A stretch of 64,000 nt of DNA, taken from NCBI RefSeq assembly GCF_963921235.1, contig NC_086108.1, positions 37,016,001-37,080,000 on the forward strand, read 5' to 3'. Shown piece after piece: positions 25,451-36,838 of this stretch. Positions within the stretch are counted from its first letter, which is position 1; every line of letters begins with the position of its first letter. Below the pieces are notes generated by a model. The model made no database searches, was not told where the DNA came from, and worked only from the letters and a program-made list of their open reading frames with translations. Source of the stretch: Mobula hypostoma. Lineage: Eukaryota. The position numbers were made by a program, and so were the translations under genes.

Positions 25451-26155
25451 GACATCAAAGGTTATGGTGAGAAGGCGGGGCAGTGGGACTAAATAGGATA
25501 AAATGGATCAGCTCATGATAAAATGGCGGAGCAGACTCGATGGGCCGAATGGCCTACTTCTGCTCCTTTGTCTTATGGTCTTATGGTCTTATCCTTAACT
25601 GTACCTATCTTAAAACTTAAGGAGTCGTGGTCATTGTTTGCGAACTGCTCATCCACTGAAGGTTTGGTCACCCGGTCATGCTCATTTCCCAACACTAGGT
25701 CCAGTACAGCCCTTCCTCCTTTTGGACTATCTACATGTTGAATTAAGAAATCCTCCTGGATGCAGATAACAAATTCTGCCCCATTTAAACCACTTGCACA
25801 AAGAAGGTCCCAATTTATATTGAGGAAGTTGAAGTCCCCCATGATGACACCTATATTGTTTTTAAACATTTCCTTAATTTGCTAGCTTAGAATATCTCTT
25901 CCTCAACATCCTGGTGGCTGTTGGAGGGTGGTCTGTCGTACAATCCCATCAGAGTGTTTGTACCCTTCCAATAGCTGAGTTTCATCCAAATAGTGGATGA
26001 ATAATCCATCAGGTTCACTCTGAGTGTAGCTATTAGATTGTCTCTGATTAGTACTGGAACACCCTCCTCATTACCTCCCTCTCTATCTTTTCTAAAACAT
26101 CGAAATCCTGGGACATTAAGCACCCATTCTGCTCTGCTCTCAACCAAGTCTCTGT

Positions 26156-26379
26156 AATTGAATCTGTGGAGTTCTTTGCCACAGGCAGCTGTGGAGGCCA
26201 AACCTTTATGTATATTTAAGGCAGAGAACTGATAGGTTCTTGAATGGTCAGGGCATGAAGAGATACGGGGAGAAGCCAGGAGATTGGGGCTGAGGGGAAA
26301 ATTGGATCAGCCATGGTGAAATGGCTGAGCAGACTCGATGGGCCGAAATGGCCTAATTCTGCTCCTATGTCTTATGATC
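26156..26379 (+). mobile_element. CR1 3' end fragment
   Basis: AATCTGTGGA...GCTGTGGAGGCC...GGCCTAATTCTGCTCCTATGTCTTATG. Confidence 0.75.
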
Positions 26380-27197
26380 TCAATCATCTTTACCATTATA
26401 CTCCTAGCGTTAAAAAACAAAACCATCAAACCATCCCATTGTATCTACTACTCTGCTCCTGCCTGTTTTTACTGACCCTGACATGTACCTTTCTCTCCAT
26501 CCCGCCACTTTCTTACCTAGTGCTCTGGTTCCCATCCCCCTGCCAAACTACTTCAAACCTTCCTGAGTAACACTAGCAAACCTCCTGGTCAGAGCATCAT
26601 GACTTTAGCTAACAATGATTCATAGGTCTCATCTGGCAAACTAACATTACAGATGGTGCCTCAGAGTGGAATTGAAGCTCTTCCGCATATCAGGAAATGG
26701 GTAGCACTTTTCCTTCCTTCTGACAATTTGCAAGGCAGTGTCTATCTGGCTGATAATGAGTGGGTGCTTGTTGCTTGCTACGTCAGGGACTTGTGCACCT
26801 GTTTTAACATTCAAAAGATGTACACAATGCTTCTCAGTCTTGTTTAATCTTGCAATGCAACTTTGCAAAATCATTTGATGTACAAATCCAAATTTTCAGG
26901 AGTCACAGCTTCAAATAATAGGATCAAATGGTAGATAGCTTTTACATGTCGTCTATCAACCTGGTTAATTGAGTTTAAATAAGTATATTATAATGCAAAG
27001 CAAAAGTATTTAATTTAAAAACTGCTCCAAGCTTCATTGTGAACATATTAGGCATGAGACAATGAATTTTCACATTCTTATCATCCAAACTTTAGTCTTC
27101 ATTATCACAAAGATGGCTTTATGTAGAAAGAATTGGTTAAGATGCAGTATTTTTCCTTTATTTTCTCGTGTTGTGATAGTAAGCGTAATGGAAAAAA

Positions 27198-27350
27198 GTC
27201 CAGTCGATGTTTTGGGTGAAACCCTTCGGCTGGGCTGGAGAAAAAAACGTCATCTGTACTTTATTCCACAGATGCCGCCTGGCCTGCTGAGTTCCTCCAG
27301 CATTTTGTGTGTGTTGCTCGGATTTCCAGCATCTGCAGATTTTCTCTTGT
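27198..27350. mobile_element. Short Penelope-derived terminal fragments joined in inverted orientation
   Basis: Minus-strand decayed hammerhead (GTCGATGTTTTGGG..ACCCTTC) fused to a plus-strand terminus GATTTCCAGCATCTGCAG. Confidence 0.55.
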
Positions 27351-28169
27351 TTGTGGTAAGCATTATGGGCTGTGCAGCGCGTAAAATGTGTCAAATTGCT
27401 GACGGGCAGGAGAATCTTATTAGATTCATTCACCGTTGAAGGGGAGTTGATTTACACTTATGCAAGACGTGTTCATAAGTAACATGAATTTCAAACCCTT
27501 TAACCTCTTCGCCACTTGCAGTTTTGAGAGCTGCACCCAAATATCACTCTCAGCTGTTCCACTATGCCCAACCCAGTACTGGACAGAGGTGGATGATATG
27601 GTGTTTCAGAACACTTTTGATTGGGTCCCACATAGGAGGCTGGTCAACTGAGTAAGAGCACATAGAAATGTGAACGATATACTGACATGGATTAACAATC
27701 AGAAAGCAATGGAAATAAGCAGGTTTTTATAAAGTGGACAAGTGGAGACCATGTGGTACCATAGGGATCAATGGCTCAACCCCAACTATCCACAATCCGT
27801 TTCAATGATTTGACTGAGAGTATCACATTCTGTATTCCCTTGTTTATTGATTATATAAAACCAGGTGAGATTATGGGTAGAGAATAGGAAGTGAAAACAA
27901 TAGTATAGAGACAAGCTGTAGAAATGCCGTAGTTAAGACATGGCAGATTGTATATAATGTGGAAAAATGTGAGGACATCCACTCAGTTATATAAAACCAA
28001 ATATGTTGTAAACGTTGAGACATTCGGAAATGTTGGTAAATCAGTTTATTATTGTCGGATGTATGGAGATATAGTGGAAGACTTTGTTTTGCATGCCGTC
28101 GATACAGACCTTTATCATATCTGTGTATGGAGAAAATACAAAGGAATAAACAATAACAGAGTAACAGAG

Positions 28170-29850
28170 AACACAGAACAGTACAGCACAGGGGAAGCCT
28201 CTTTGGCCCACAATGTTACACAAAAACAAATGCGTTAATAATCATATGGCCAATTAAACTGCTCTGTTATGATGACACAATGTCCATATTCCCTCATTTT
28301 CGTCACCTTCATGTGCCTATCTAAACTTCTCTTAAACGTCCCAAATGTATCTACATCCATCACCAGTGTGATCCAAGCACTCAGCACTCTCAGTGTGAAA
28401 AAACCTGCCCCTCAAATCTCCTTTGAAATTATCCCCGCTCACCCTAAATGCTTAAATGTATGCCCTCTGGTATTAGACATTTTCATCCTGGGAAAAGGAT
28501 ACTGTCTCTCTACTCTATCTATGCCTGTCATAATCTTATAAACTTCTATCAGATCTCCCCTTAAAATCTGCCACTCCAGAGAAAACAACCCAAGTTTGTC
28601 CAACCTCTCATTACAGCACATGCTCTCTAATCTGGGCAGCATCCTGGTAAACCTCTTCTGTACTTTCTCCAAAGCCTCGACATCCTTCCTGTAATGGGGT
28701 GACCAGAACTGTATGGAATACTCTAGATGCAGCCTAAATAGAGTTTTATAAAGGTGCAACATAACTTCCTGACCTTGACCTCAGTGCCTCGACGAATAAA
28801 GGCAAGCACGTCGTATGCCTTCTTATCTACCCTGTCAAACTGTGTAGCCACTTTCAGGGAGCAATAAGCTTGGACCCCAAGATCCCTCTGATCATAATCA
28901 CTGTTAATGGTCTTGCCCTTAGCAGTGTATTGTCTCTTAACATTTGACTTAGCAAGGTGTAACACTTCACATTTTGCTCTATCTGCCATTTCTCCACCCA
29001 TATCTACCACTGATCTATATCGTGCTGTATTCTTTGCCAGTCTTCTACACTATCCACAACTCCACCAATCTTCATATCATCCACAGACTTACTGACCTAC
29101 CCATCTGCTTTTTCATCCAGGTCATTCACATACATCTCAAACAGCAGAGGTCTCAATACAGATTCCTGCAGAACACCACTAATCACAAACCTCCAGCTCC
29201 CTTCAACCACTACCCTCTGTCTTCTATGGCAAGCCAGTTCTGAATCCAAATGGCCGATTTACCATTGATCCCATGTATTTTAATAAGGGATCTTGTCAAA
29301 TGCCTTTCTAAAATCCATGTGGACACCATCCAGAGCTTTACATTCATCAATCACCCTTGACACCTCGTCAAAAAACTGAATCAAGTTAGTAAGAGGCCAG
29401 GCAGCATTTCTATGTGTGTGTTGCATGAAATTCCAGCAGCTGCAGATTTCCTCGTGTTCAAGTTAGTAAGACATGATTTGCCCTGCATAAAACCACGTTG
29501 TCTCTTCCTAATTGGGCAATGGTTTTCTAAATGCTCATAAATCTTATCCCTAAAAATTCTCCCACAAACTTCCTTACCACTGACATGAGACTCACCGATC
29601 TATAATTTCCAGGATTATCCCTGTTCAAGAATAATGGAACAATATTAGCTACTCATCAGTGCTCCAGGGCTAGAGAGGACACAAAGATATTGGTCAGGCT
29701 CCAGCCATCTCTTCACTTGCCTTTCTCAATAACCTGGGGTACCTCCCATCAGGCCCTGAGGACTTATCCACTTTAATGCTCTTTAAGAGACCCAACACTA
29801 CCTCCTCCTTAACCTCAAATGCCCCAGCATATTCATACTCTCCCACTCAT
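28170..29850 (-). mobile_element. Decayed CR1 LINE (RT to 3' end)
   Basis: ORFs 28439-29010: LYKTLFRLHLEYSIQFWSPHYRKD, RGDLIEVYKI. Confidence 0.8.
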
Positions 29851-29859
29851 TCATGTCAG

Positions 29860-30910
29860 AATAGAGAATAAAATGTTACAATTACAGAGAAAGTAAAATG
29901 CAGGCAGGCAATAAGGTGCAAGGCCAAACAAAGTAGATTAAAGGTCAAGCGTCCATCTCATTGTCCTAGGAGACAATTCAGTAGTCTTATAACAATAGGA
30001 TAGAAGCTGCCTTTAAACCCGATGATACTTGCATTCAGGCTTTTTCACTTGCTGTCCAGTGGGATGGGGAGAAAAGAGAGAATATCTGGGTGGGTGGGGT
30101 CTTTGATTATGTTGATTGCTTTACTGAGGCAGCAATAAGTACAAGCAGATTCCATGGAGGGGATTTCTGTGATGTACTGAGCTGCATCCACAACTCTCTG
30201 CAGTATCCTGTCATTTCTTCCTGAGCAACTGCAGTAGCGATGTGTGAATCTATAAAAAATGGTGTTGGTCAAATGGGATATGTCAAATTTCTTTAGCCTC
30301 CTGAGGAAGTAGAGATAATGTGCTTACTTGGTCATGGTTTTCATATGATTCTGCCAGGACAGGCTATTGTTAATGTTCACGCTTAAGAATTAGAAGCTCT
30401 CAAACCTCTCAGCTTTAGCACCATTAATGTAAACAAGTTTGTGTGCACTGCCCCCCCCTTTGAAGTCAATGACTAGCTCTTTTGTTTTGCTGACATTGAG
30501 GGAAAGGTTGTTGTCTTGACACCATGCTAGCAAGCTTTCTATTTCCTTTCTATACATTGAGTCATTTTTATTGGATATTCAGGCAACTATAGTGCTGTCG
30601 TCTGAAAACTTGTAGGTGGGGTCTGAGCAGAATCTAACCACACAGTCATGAGTGTACAGGGAGTAATGTAAGGGCCTGAGGATAGAGCCCTGTGGGACAG
30701 CAACGTTGAGGATAATGCTGGTAGAGGTGTTGCTGCCTATCCTTACTGATTGCTGTCTGTTAGTCAGAAAGTTAAGGATCCATTTGCAAGGGGAGGTGTT
30801 GAGTTCCAATCCAACTCAATGAGTTTGGAGATGGGTTTGCCTGGAATTATGAAACTGAAGGGAGAACTGTAGTCAATAAATAATAGTCTATTATCAGGAT
30901 GCTCCAGAGA
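29860..30910 (-). mobile_element. Decayed Rex1/Babar LINE
   Basis: WILNFLTNRQQSVRIG, PQGSIL, LYTHDCV, KFSDD. Confidence 0.75.
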
Positions 30911-30929
30911 TGAGTGTAGGGCCAAGGAG

Positions 30930-31600
30930 ACAGTGATGGGCAGATTTCAATAGTTGTGAAAAGGGACAGCGGTCTTCTTGTATAAAGTCACTGTTAGTTG
31001 GCACACAGCTACAGGAAACAGTTATGAAAATACTGCAAGAGATTTAAGTATAAGACTAAAGATATCTTAATGTACTTGCAGTATATACAGTAGAGCCCTA
31101 TTGGGTACTATTTTGGTCACCTTATCTAAAAAGAGATAAGCTTGACAGAGGAGGTGGCCAGAAAATATTCACCAGATTGGTTTCTGGAATGGCAGGTTTG
31201 TTATTTGAGGAGAAATGGAGTGGTCTATATTCTCCAGAACTTAGAAGAAACAGAGGTGATTTAATTGAAGCCTCAAAATTTCTTGCAGGGCTCAACAGGA
31301 TGGATACAGGGAGTATATTTCAACTGGATAAGGAGTCCCAAACTAGGGATCACATAAGGACTTGGACATTTAGATCTGAAGAGAAATTTCTTCACTTGAA
31401 GAATGGTGAATCTTTGGAATTTTTTACCCCAGACACCTATGGAGGTTCAGTTATTAAATTCATTGAGAACAACAATTGATAGATTTCTGGATATTAAGGA
31501 GATAATATGAGAAAATGATGAGGTAGATCAGCCTGAGTGCATCGAATGGTGAGCAGGCTTGAAAGCCCAGACGGCTCACTCCTGCTCTTAATTCATTTTT
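30930..31600 (+). mobile_element. Old CR1 3' fragment
   Basis: GLYSPELRRNRGDLIE; 3' stem-loop and CTCCTGCT end. Confidence 0.65.
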
Positions 31601-32386
31601 CTGATGATTCAAAGATAAAATGAAAACTGGATAGTTGTCCCATCAATTCTTTTCGACCCAACTTCAGATCCCTGCCTTCAGGACTACACTGCAGCTTTAA
31701 CTAAAATTAAACTTTAGAAGTATGAAATTTAATCTTCAGCAAGGAAGAAAACCACAAATAAGTAAGCATGGGATAAGAAACTGTCTGTCTGCCCATAGGC
31801 TGTTGCTCCCTAATTGTGCTCTTATATAAGCTTCCTTATTGTGAATTCAGATCCAGCATCTAGGCATAAGTTGCAAATTACCACTCCATTTCTACATTAG
31901 ATGGCCTGGTAAAACTACTTCATATTATTTATTGACCTTCACCAATGCAGTATGATGTTAGATTTCATCAAAGGACTCAGAAATCAAGCCAACTTGATAC
32001 TATTTAAGCTCGCTGGCTTGTAAATACAGCAATGAAGCAGTCTTCTGATTTACAGTTTCACATATATCCAGCTAGAGTGCCTAAGACTTTTGCACAGTAC
32101 TGTATTTGTCAACATGGAGTGGACAGCGACTTTATAAATGTGGACTAAGTAAAGGATGTTGGGAATGGTGAGGGTGGAGCGCTGTAGGAGGGCTGAGGGA
32201 TAGGTGGCAGAGAAAGAGTGTTGAGGGCAGGGAGTGGGTGTGGTGCAGTTGAAGACACACCCAGTCCTGAGGCACAATGTCATTTGATCCCAACCAATTG
32301 GTTAATTGGTCATTACGGAATGCACCTCTGGTGCGTCCTACTCCCTCCCCTCTCCTGTCCTCTTTTTCCAACCATGATTCTCCTCT

Positions 32387-32940
32387 GAAGCAACACACAT
32401 AAAAGTTGTTGGTGAACGCAGCAGGCCAGGCAGCATCTCTAGGAAGAGGTACAGTCAACGTTTCGGGCCGAGACCCTTCGTCAGGACTAACTGAAAGAAG
32501 AGCTAGTAAGAGATTTGAAAGTGGGAGGGGAAGGGGAAGGTCCGAAATGATAGGAGAAGACAGGAGGGGGAGGGATGGAGCCAAGCACTGGACAGTTGAT
32601 TGGCAAAAGGGATATGAGAGGATCATGGGACAGGAGGCCTAGGGAGAAAGAAAAGGGGGAGGGGGGGGAAAGCCCAGAGGATGGGCAAGGGGTATAGTGA
32701 GAGGGACAGAGGGAGAAAAAGGAGAATGTGTGTATATGAATAAATAACGGATGGGGTACGAGGGGGAGGTGGGGCATTAGCGGAAGCTTGAGAAGTCAAT
32801 GTTCATGCCATCAGGTTGGAGGCTACCCCGACGGAATATAAGGTGTTGTTCCTCCAACCTGAGTGTGGCTTCATCTTTACGGTAGAGGAGGCCATGGATT
32901 GACATATCAGAATAGGAATGGGACGTGGAATTAAAATGTG
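32387..32940 (-). mobile_element. Penelope 3' fragment (GIY-YIG end + pseudo-LTR)
   Basis: Near-identical to the arms at 18.6-19.4 kb. Confidence 0.88.
32453..32488 (-). ncRNA. Minimal type I hammerhead ribozyme, best-preserved copy
   Basis: AGUC-CUGACGA-AGGGUCUCGGCCC-GAAACGUU-GACU; palindromic ACGU stem III; GUU cleavage triplet. Confidence 0.72.
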
Positions 32941-33061
32941 TTCTTTGTTCTTGCTATACTCAATCCACAATAGAGACCCATATCAGAATCAGGTTTATCA
33001 TCACCCATGCATATAATGTTTTTTTTGCGGCAGCTTTACAGTGCAATACATAAAATTACCA

Positions 33062-33127
33062 CAGTACTGTGTAAAAGTCCCAGGCACCTTGATATATATA
33101 TGTACCTAAGACATTTGCACAGTACTG
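33062..33127. mobile_element. Tiny Tc1-like palindrome made almost only of TIRs
   Basis: CAGTACTGTGTAAAAGTCCCAGGCAC...GTACCTAAGACATTTGCACAGTACTG followed by TA; a single matching TIR at 32077-32102. Confidence 0.6.
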
Positions 33128-35491
33128 TACAGCCCTCAAAACTGAACTACTTTGAGTATTTCTAATAACTCTGAGAGTAAGATGATGGAATGATACGTTT
33201 TATAATTTCATGGCTTGAAACACCCAAGTTAGAAAGCACTTAGAAATCAATATGATGTGTAGACTTATAGATGACAGGGAGTTGGCAGTTTCCCATGACT
33301 AAAGAACACAAGTAAGCCTATTAGCCTTCCACAATAGACTGGACGTTTTCACAGTTCTTTTCATTTGATCTCAGAATCAATGCTTGCTGCTCTATTTGTG
33401 AAACCATCCCTAATGCAATATTTGCACAATGTACCAAGAATAGATTTTGCAGTGATCTAAGGAGAAAAGAATGGTCATGAATTTAAAGTAAAAAGTAATA
33501 GCATGTTTACTTTGTATCCCATTATTAGTGTATAAATAATCTAATTGGTTTGTAATGAGGCAGGGAGACAATATAAGTTACTATCCGCCACCAATTACTA
33601 GCCAATTTATGTTATTTTGGCTGGGGCCTTGCATCCGAGTGCCAAGTAGTTACAACTTTCATGTAGTTAAAATGAATTAAATGTACTTGCTAGCAAGTCA
33701 GAGCTGGTAATTAATAATGTATAAATGTTGACAAAGGAGACATTTATGTTCCAGCAAAGCCATTCAATCTCTTTAGCTCCAAAAACGGAATAATTGGGAA
33801 ATTGAAATATCATCTCTGCAGGTAATAAATATATTTTAAAGATTTTATTCTTATGAAAAACCCTTCCTATTGTTTCCTAATTCCTTTTTGTTCTCTTAGT
33901 CCAATCATTCTTTCTCACTGAGACTCTCAGAAAGTCATTTTGCTTCAAGGAACCAAATGGCGATAGCGTGTTTATGCTGTTCTTAAATTTGTTCCATTGA
34001 AGCTAATGTTGTACGTAATTCAAATACTGCTAAATCACTTCTAGCTCAACCAGAGGACGAATTTCTCCAATACTCTTTCTTTCTCAACCTATCTTGTTTC
34101 TAATTCAATTAATCACTTCATTGTCATACCTTAGGTCTTTGTCTATCCATACATCTCATTGGTTAAAGACTTAAAATGACCATCCCAAAATTCACAAATA
34201 TTCCTATTATTTCTTACCTTATCTTGTTCCTATTGGCCTACATTTGCAGAAATTCAACTGAAGGGTATTAGAAAAATATCTAATAAAAGCAGCAATTTGT
34301 GAGAAAGTTGACTCCAGCAAAGTTTGGGCCAATGTTTACATTGCAAACGAATGTTCAAGATGTGTTCAATAATTTGTTTGCCTCACTGGAAATGTTCACA
34401 CTCCATTCAATAATTTTATCCATATTTTGCTAAAGGCCATCCCATTGTCATATGGCCAGCTGATATTTCCCATTCTGGTACGCATTCATCACATTAGGAT
34501 CCATCTGCCATCCCTAAGCTCATCTGTTCAATTGCTCCTTTGACTGCTATCTTTATTTTATGCTTGCCACCTGGACACATGGATTAGAGTCATCAGTAAA
34601 TTCTGGAAGGCTGCAATTATCAGTCTTGTACATTTTCCTTATAGTTTGTTTCAACAACAGAAATGTGTTGATGAGTCCCACAGGAGCTCCTGTTTCATTT
34701 CAACCAGTGGCAAGGACAATATCTAGATTATAAAGAAATATTACTTACTATTATTGCTAACCTGACACAATTAAACTGTATTTGAGTTAATGGCATGCAA
34801 GTCACCTCCAAGAGAAATGAGGAACAGACAGCAAATTGATCAGCTGAAGTGATGCACAATAAAAAAACAATGAATGCCTCCTGCCAAACTAAGGAAAATT
34901 AATGTTTCAAATCTGCCAGTTATTTACTCCAAATGTTGTTCTAATTGCCTACATGGACTAGTCTAAAGAGCAGAAGGGAGATATGTGGATATATATATAT
35001 ATATATATATTAGGAAAAGTCATTTGCTCTGTTGCTGCACTATGTCACATTCAATTTGCATTTCTATACCCTCTTGATAATTTGATTAAATTTCTTGACA
35101 TCAGGTAAGATGCTAAATATGTCCAATCCCTCTGAATATGATGGCTATGGTCCAAATTAATGTGACTGGTAGTACTGTACGAATAATAGTTATTCATATT
35201 TTAACTTCTTTGTATAAACGTCACTAATTTCTAACTACATAATTGCTACCCTTTTTATAGATCAGACCTCTGATTTATGACCTCCTAATAATAATAATGG
35301 AAGTCTGGTCCCTCCTTCAAGAGTAACTTGTAGTTATATATCATCTGCAACTAACAAAATGCCCCGAGGATTATCAGAGAGATGTTATCAAATACAATAT
35401 CACATAAAGAGTAGCAGGACAGATGATATAAGTCTCATGAAAGATATTTTTGAAGGACTTTGTTCAAAGGGAAAGAAAGAAATAATGTAAC

Positions 35492-35720
35492 TGTGGTAAA
35501 CCATGTATATATGGTGTAACTCGGTTACCTGTCTGGACACACCCCTCTGCTGACTGCCCCTGTGGCTCCTCCCACAGAGTCCTGTATAAAGGTGTTCACC
35601 TTGCCCCTCCCCCTCAGTCCGGGGGCAGACACTCACTGTGGAGGTCGTATTGTACAGCGAATAAAAGCCTTTCAGTATTTTACCAAACCTCAGTCTTTTG
35701 GAGTAATTGAAGGTGCTTCA
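35492..35720 (+). repeat. 5' LTR
   Basis: TATAAA at 35585, AATAAA at 35660; 3 substitutions versus the 3' LTR (counted by eye). Confidence 0.97.
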
Positions 35721-35746
35721 ATTTTATTCACTGTACGTTTTAAAAC

Positions 35747-36838
35747 ATGGAACAGGCCCTGAGACCAGACAAATTAGACCTCAATCCGCAAACACCTGAA
35801 GCTGGAAACGCTTTCGAACTCTGGCTGGCCTGCTTCGAAGCGTATCTAGAGGAGATTAAAGCGACCGACCCCGTAGCGAAGCGCAGAGTTCTACTCTCCA
35901 GGGTCAGTTCACGGGTCTATTCGCTGATCAGAGACCAGCCGAACTACGATGGCGCGATGAACGCACTCAAAAGACAATACCTGTGGCCGATAAACAGCGT
36001 CTATGCTCGGCACTGTTTAGCAACACGGCAACAACGGTCCGGGGAATCGAGTGCTGTGTTTGTCCACGCCCTACGGACACTTGTGCGGGCCTGAAATTGC
36101 CAGGAGCTGACGGCGACGCAGCATGCAGAACTCCTAGTGAGGGACGCCTTCGTTACGGGGACCAGGTCAGTGTACGTGCACCAGCGGCTGCTGGAAAAAG
36201 CCGATCTTACCTTAAGTTCGGCGATCGAGCTGGCTGATATGTTGGAGGCCACTCTGCATAACTCCGAGGCTCTCCAGGCACGTGATCCCCCGATGGCCTC
36301 GTGGGTGCCACAGACCCCGCAACCCGCCGGCGAATCAACCTCGGCTGCTGCCAGTCGTGAGTCCGCGAAGTGCTACTTCTGCGGACTGGAGAAGCACCCC
36401 CGGAAGCGCTGCCCAGCCCGACAAGCTACCTGTTCCAGCTGCGGAAAGAAGGGCCACTTCGCCAAGGTCTGTAAGTCAAAACCGCGAGCGGGATCGAGCA
36501 GCGCCGCGTGCGAGACGTGGGGGTCGCCATCATGCCTGCCGCCATCTTCCCTGCACGCCACCACCATGTGCGAGACATGGGGGCGGCCATCTTCCCTGCA
36601 CACTGCCACCACGTGCGAGACATGGGGGCCGCCATCTTCCCTGTCGCCATCTTCCCTGCACGCCGCCACCACGTGCGAGACATGGGGGCCGCCATCTTCC
36701 CTGCACGCCGCCACCACGTGCGAGACATGGGGGCGGCCATCTTGGTCGGCGCCACCTCCCACCGCCTACGTCCAACGGGTGCTCACGGGCACCCCACCAC
36801 GCCGGACCAAGACAGCGACCCCACCCTGGCTTCCGTGA
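35747..36838 (+). pseudogene. gag: Gag with two CCHC zinc knuckles; one in-frame TGA at 36092-36094
   Basis: ORFs 35747-36094 and 36137-36838 share a frame; CYFCGLEKHPRKRC and CSSCGKKGHFAKVC. Confidence 0.9.
36505..36745 (+). repeat. 45-bp minisatellite (~5 imperfect units) in the gag/pol overlap
   Basis: Unit CTTCCCTGCACGCCGCCACCACGTGCGAGACATGGGGGC(C/G)GCCAT, encoding SSLHAATTCETWG(P/R)P. Confidence 0.92.

Larger units (their letters stand above)
21528..25592 (+). mobile_element. CR1 LINE (copy B), same family as copy A, truncated ~16 nt upstream of ORF1
   Basis: ORF1 21544-22506; ORF2 pieces 22575-25450 (APE, RT with FADD); (TCTTATGG)n tail. Confidence 0.95.
14498..26592 (-). mobile_element. 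Old CR1 LINE split into four pieces (14498-15187, 20495-21527, 25593-26155, 26380-26592) by nested insertions
   Basis: Pieces rejoin colinearly: GATCCCTGCGG|AAAACCACTAATC and GGTTCATAGTTAT|CCTTAACTG; APE motifs GDFN, LDLVLGN in ORFs 25573-26201. Confidence 0.8.

Noticed and set aside
36505..36745. CRISPR-like repeat array
   Set aside because: Head-to-tail tandem units without unique spacers, no cas genes, eukaryotic context.
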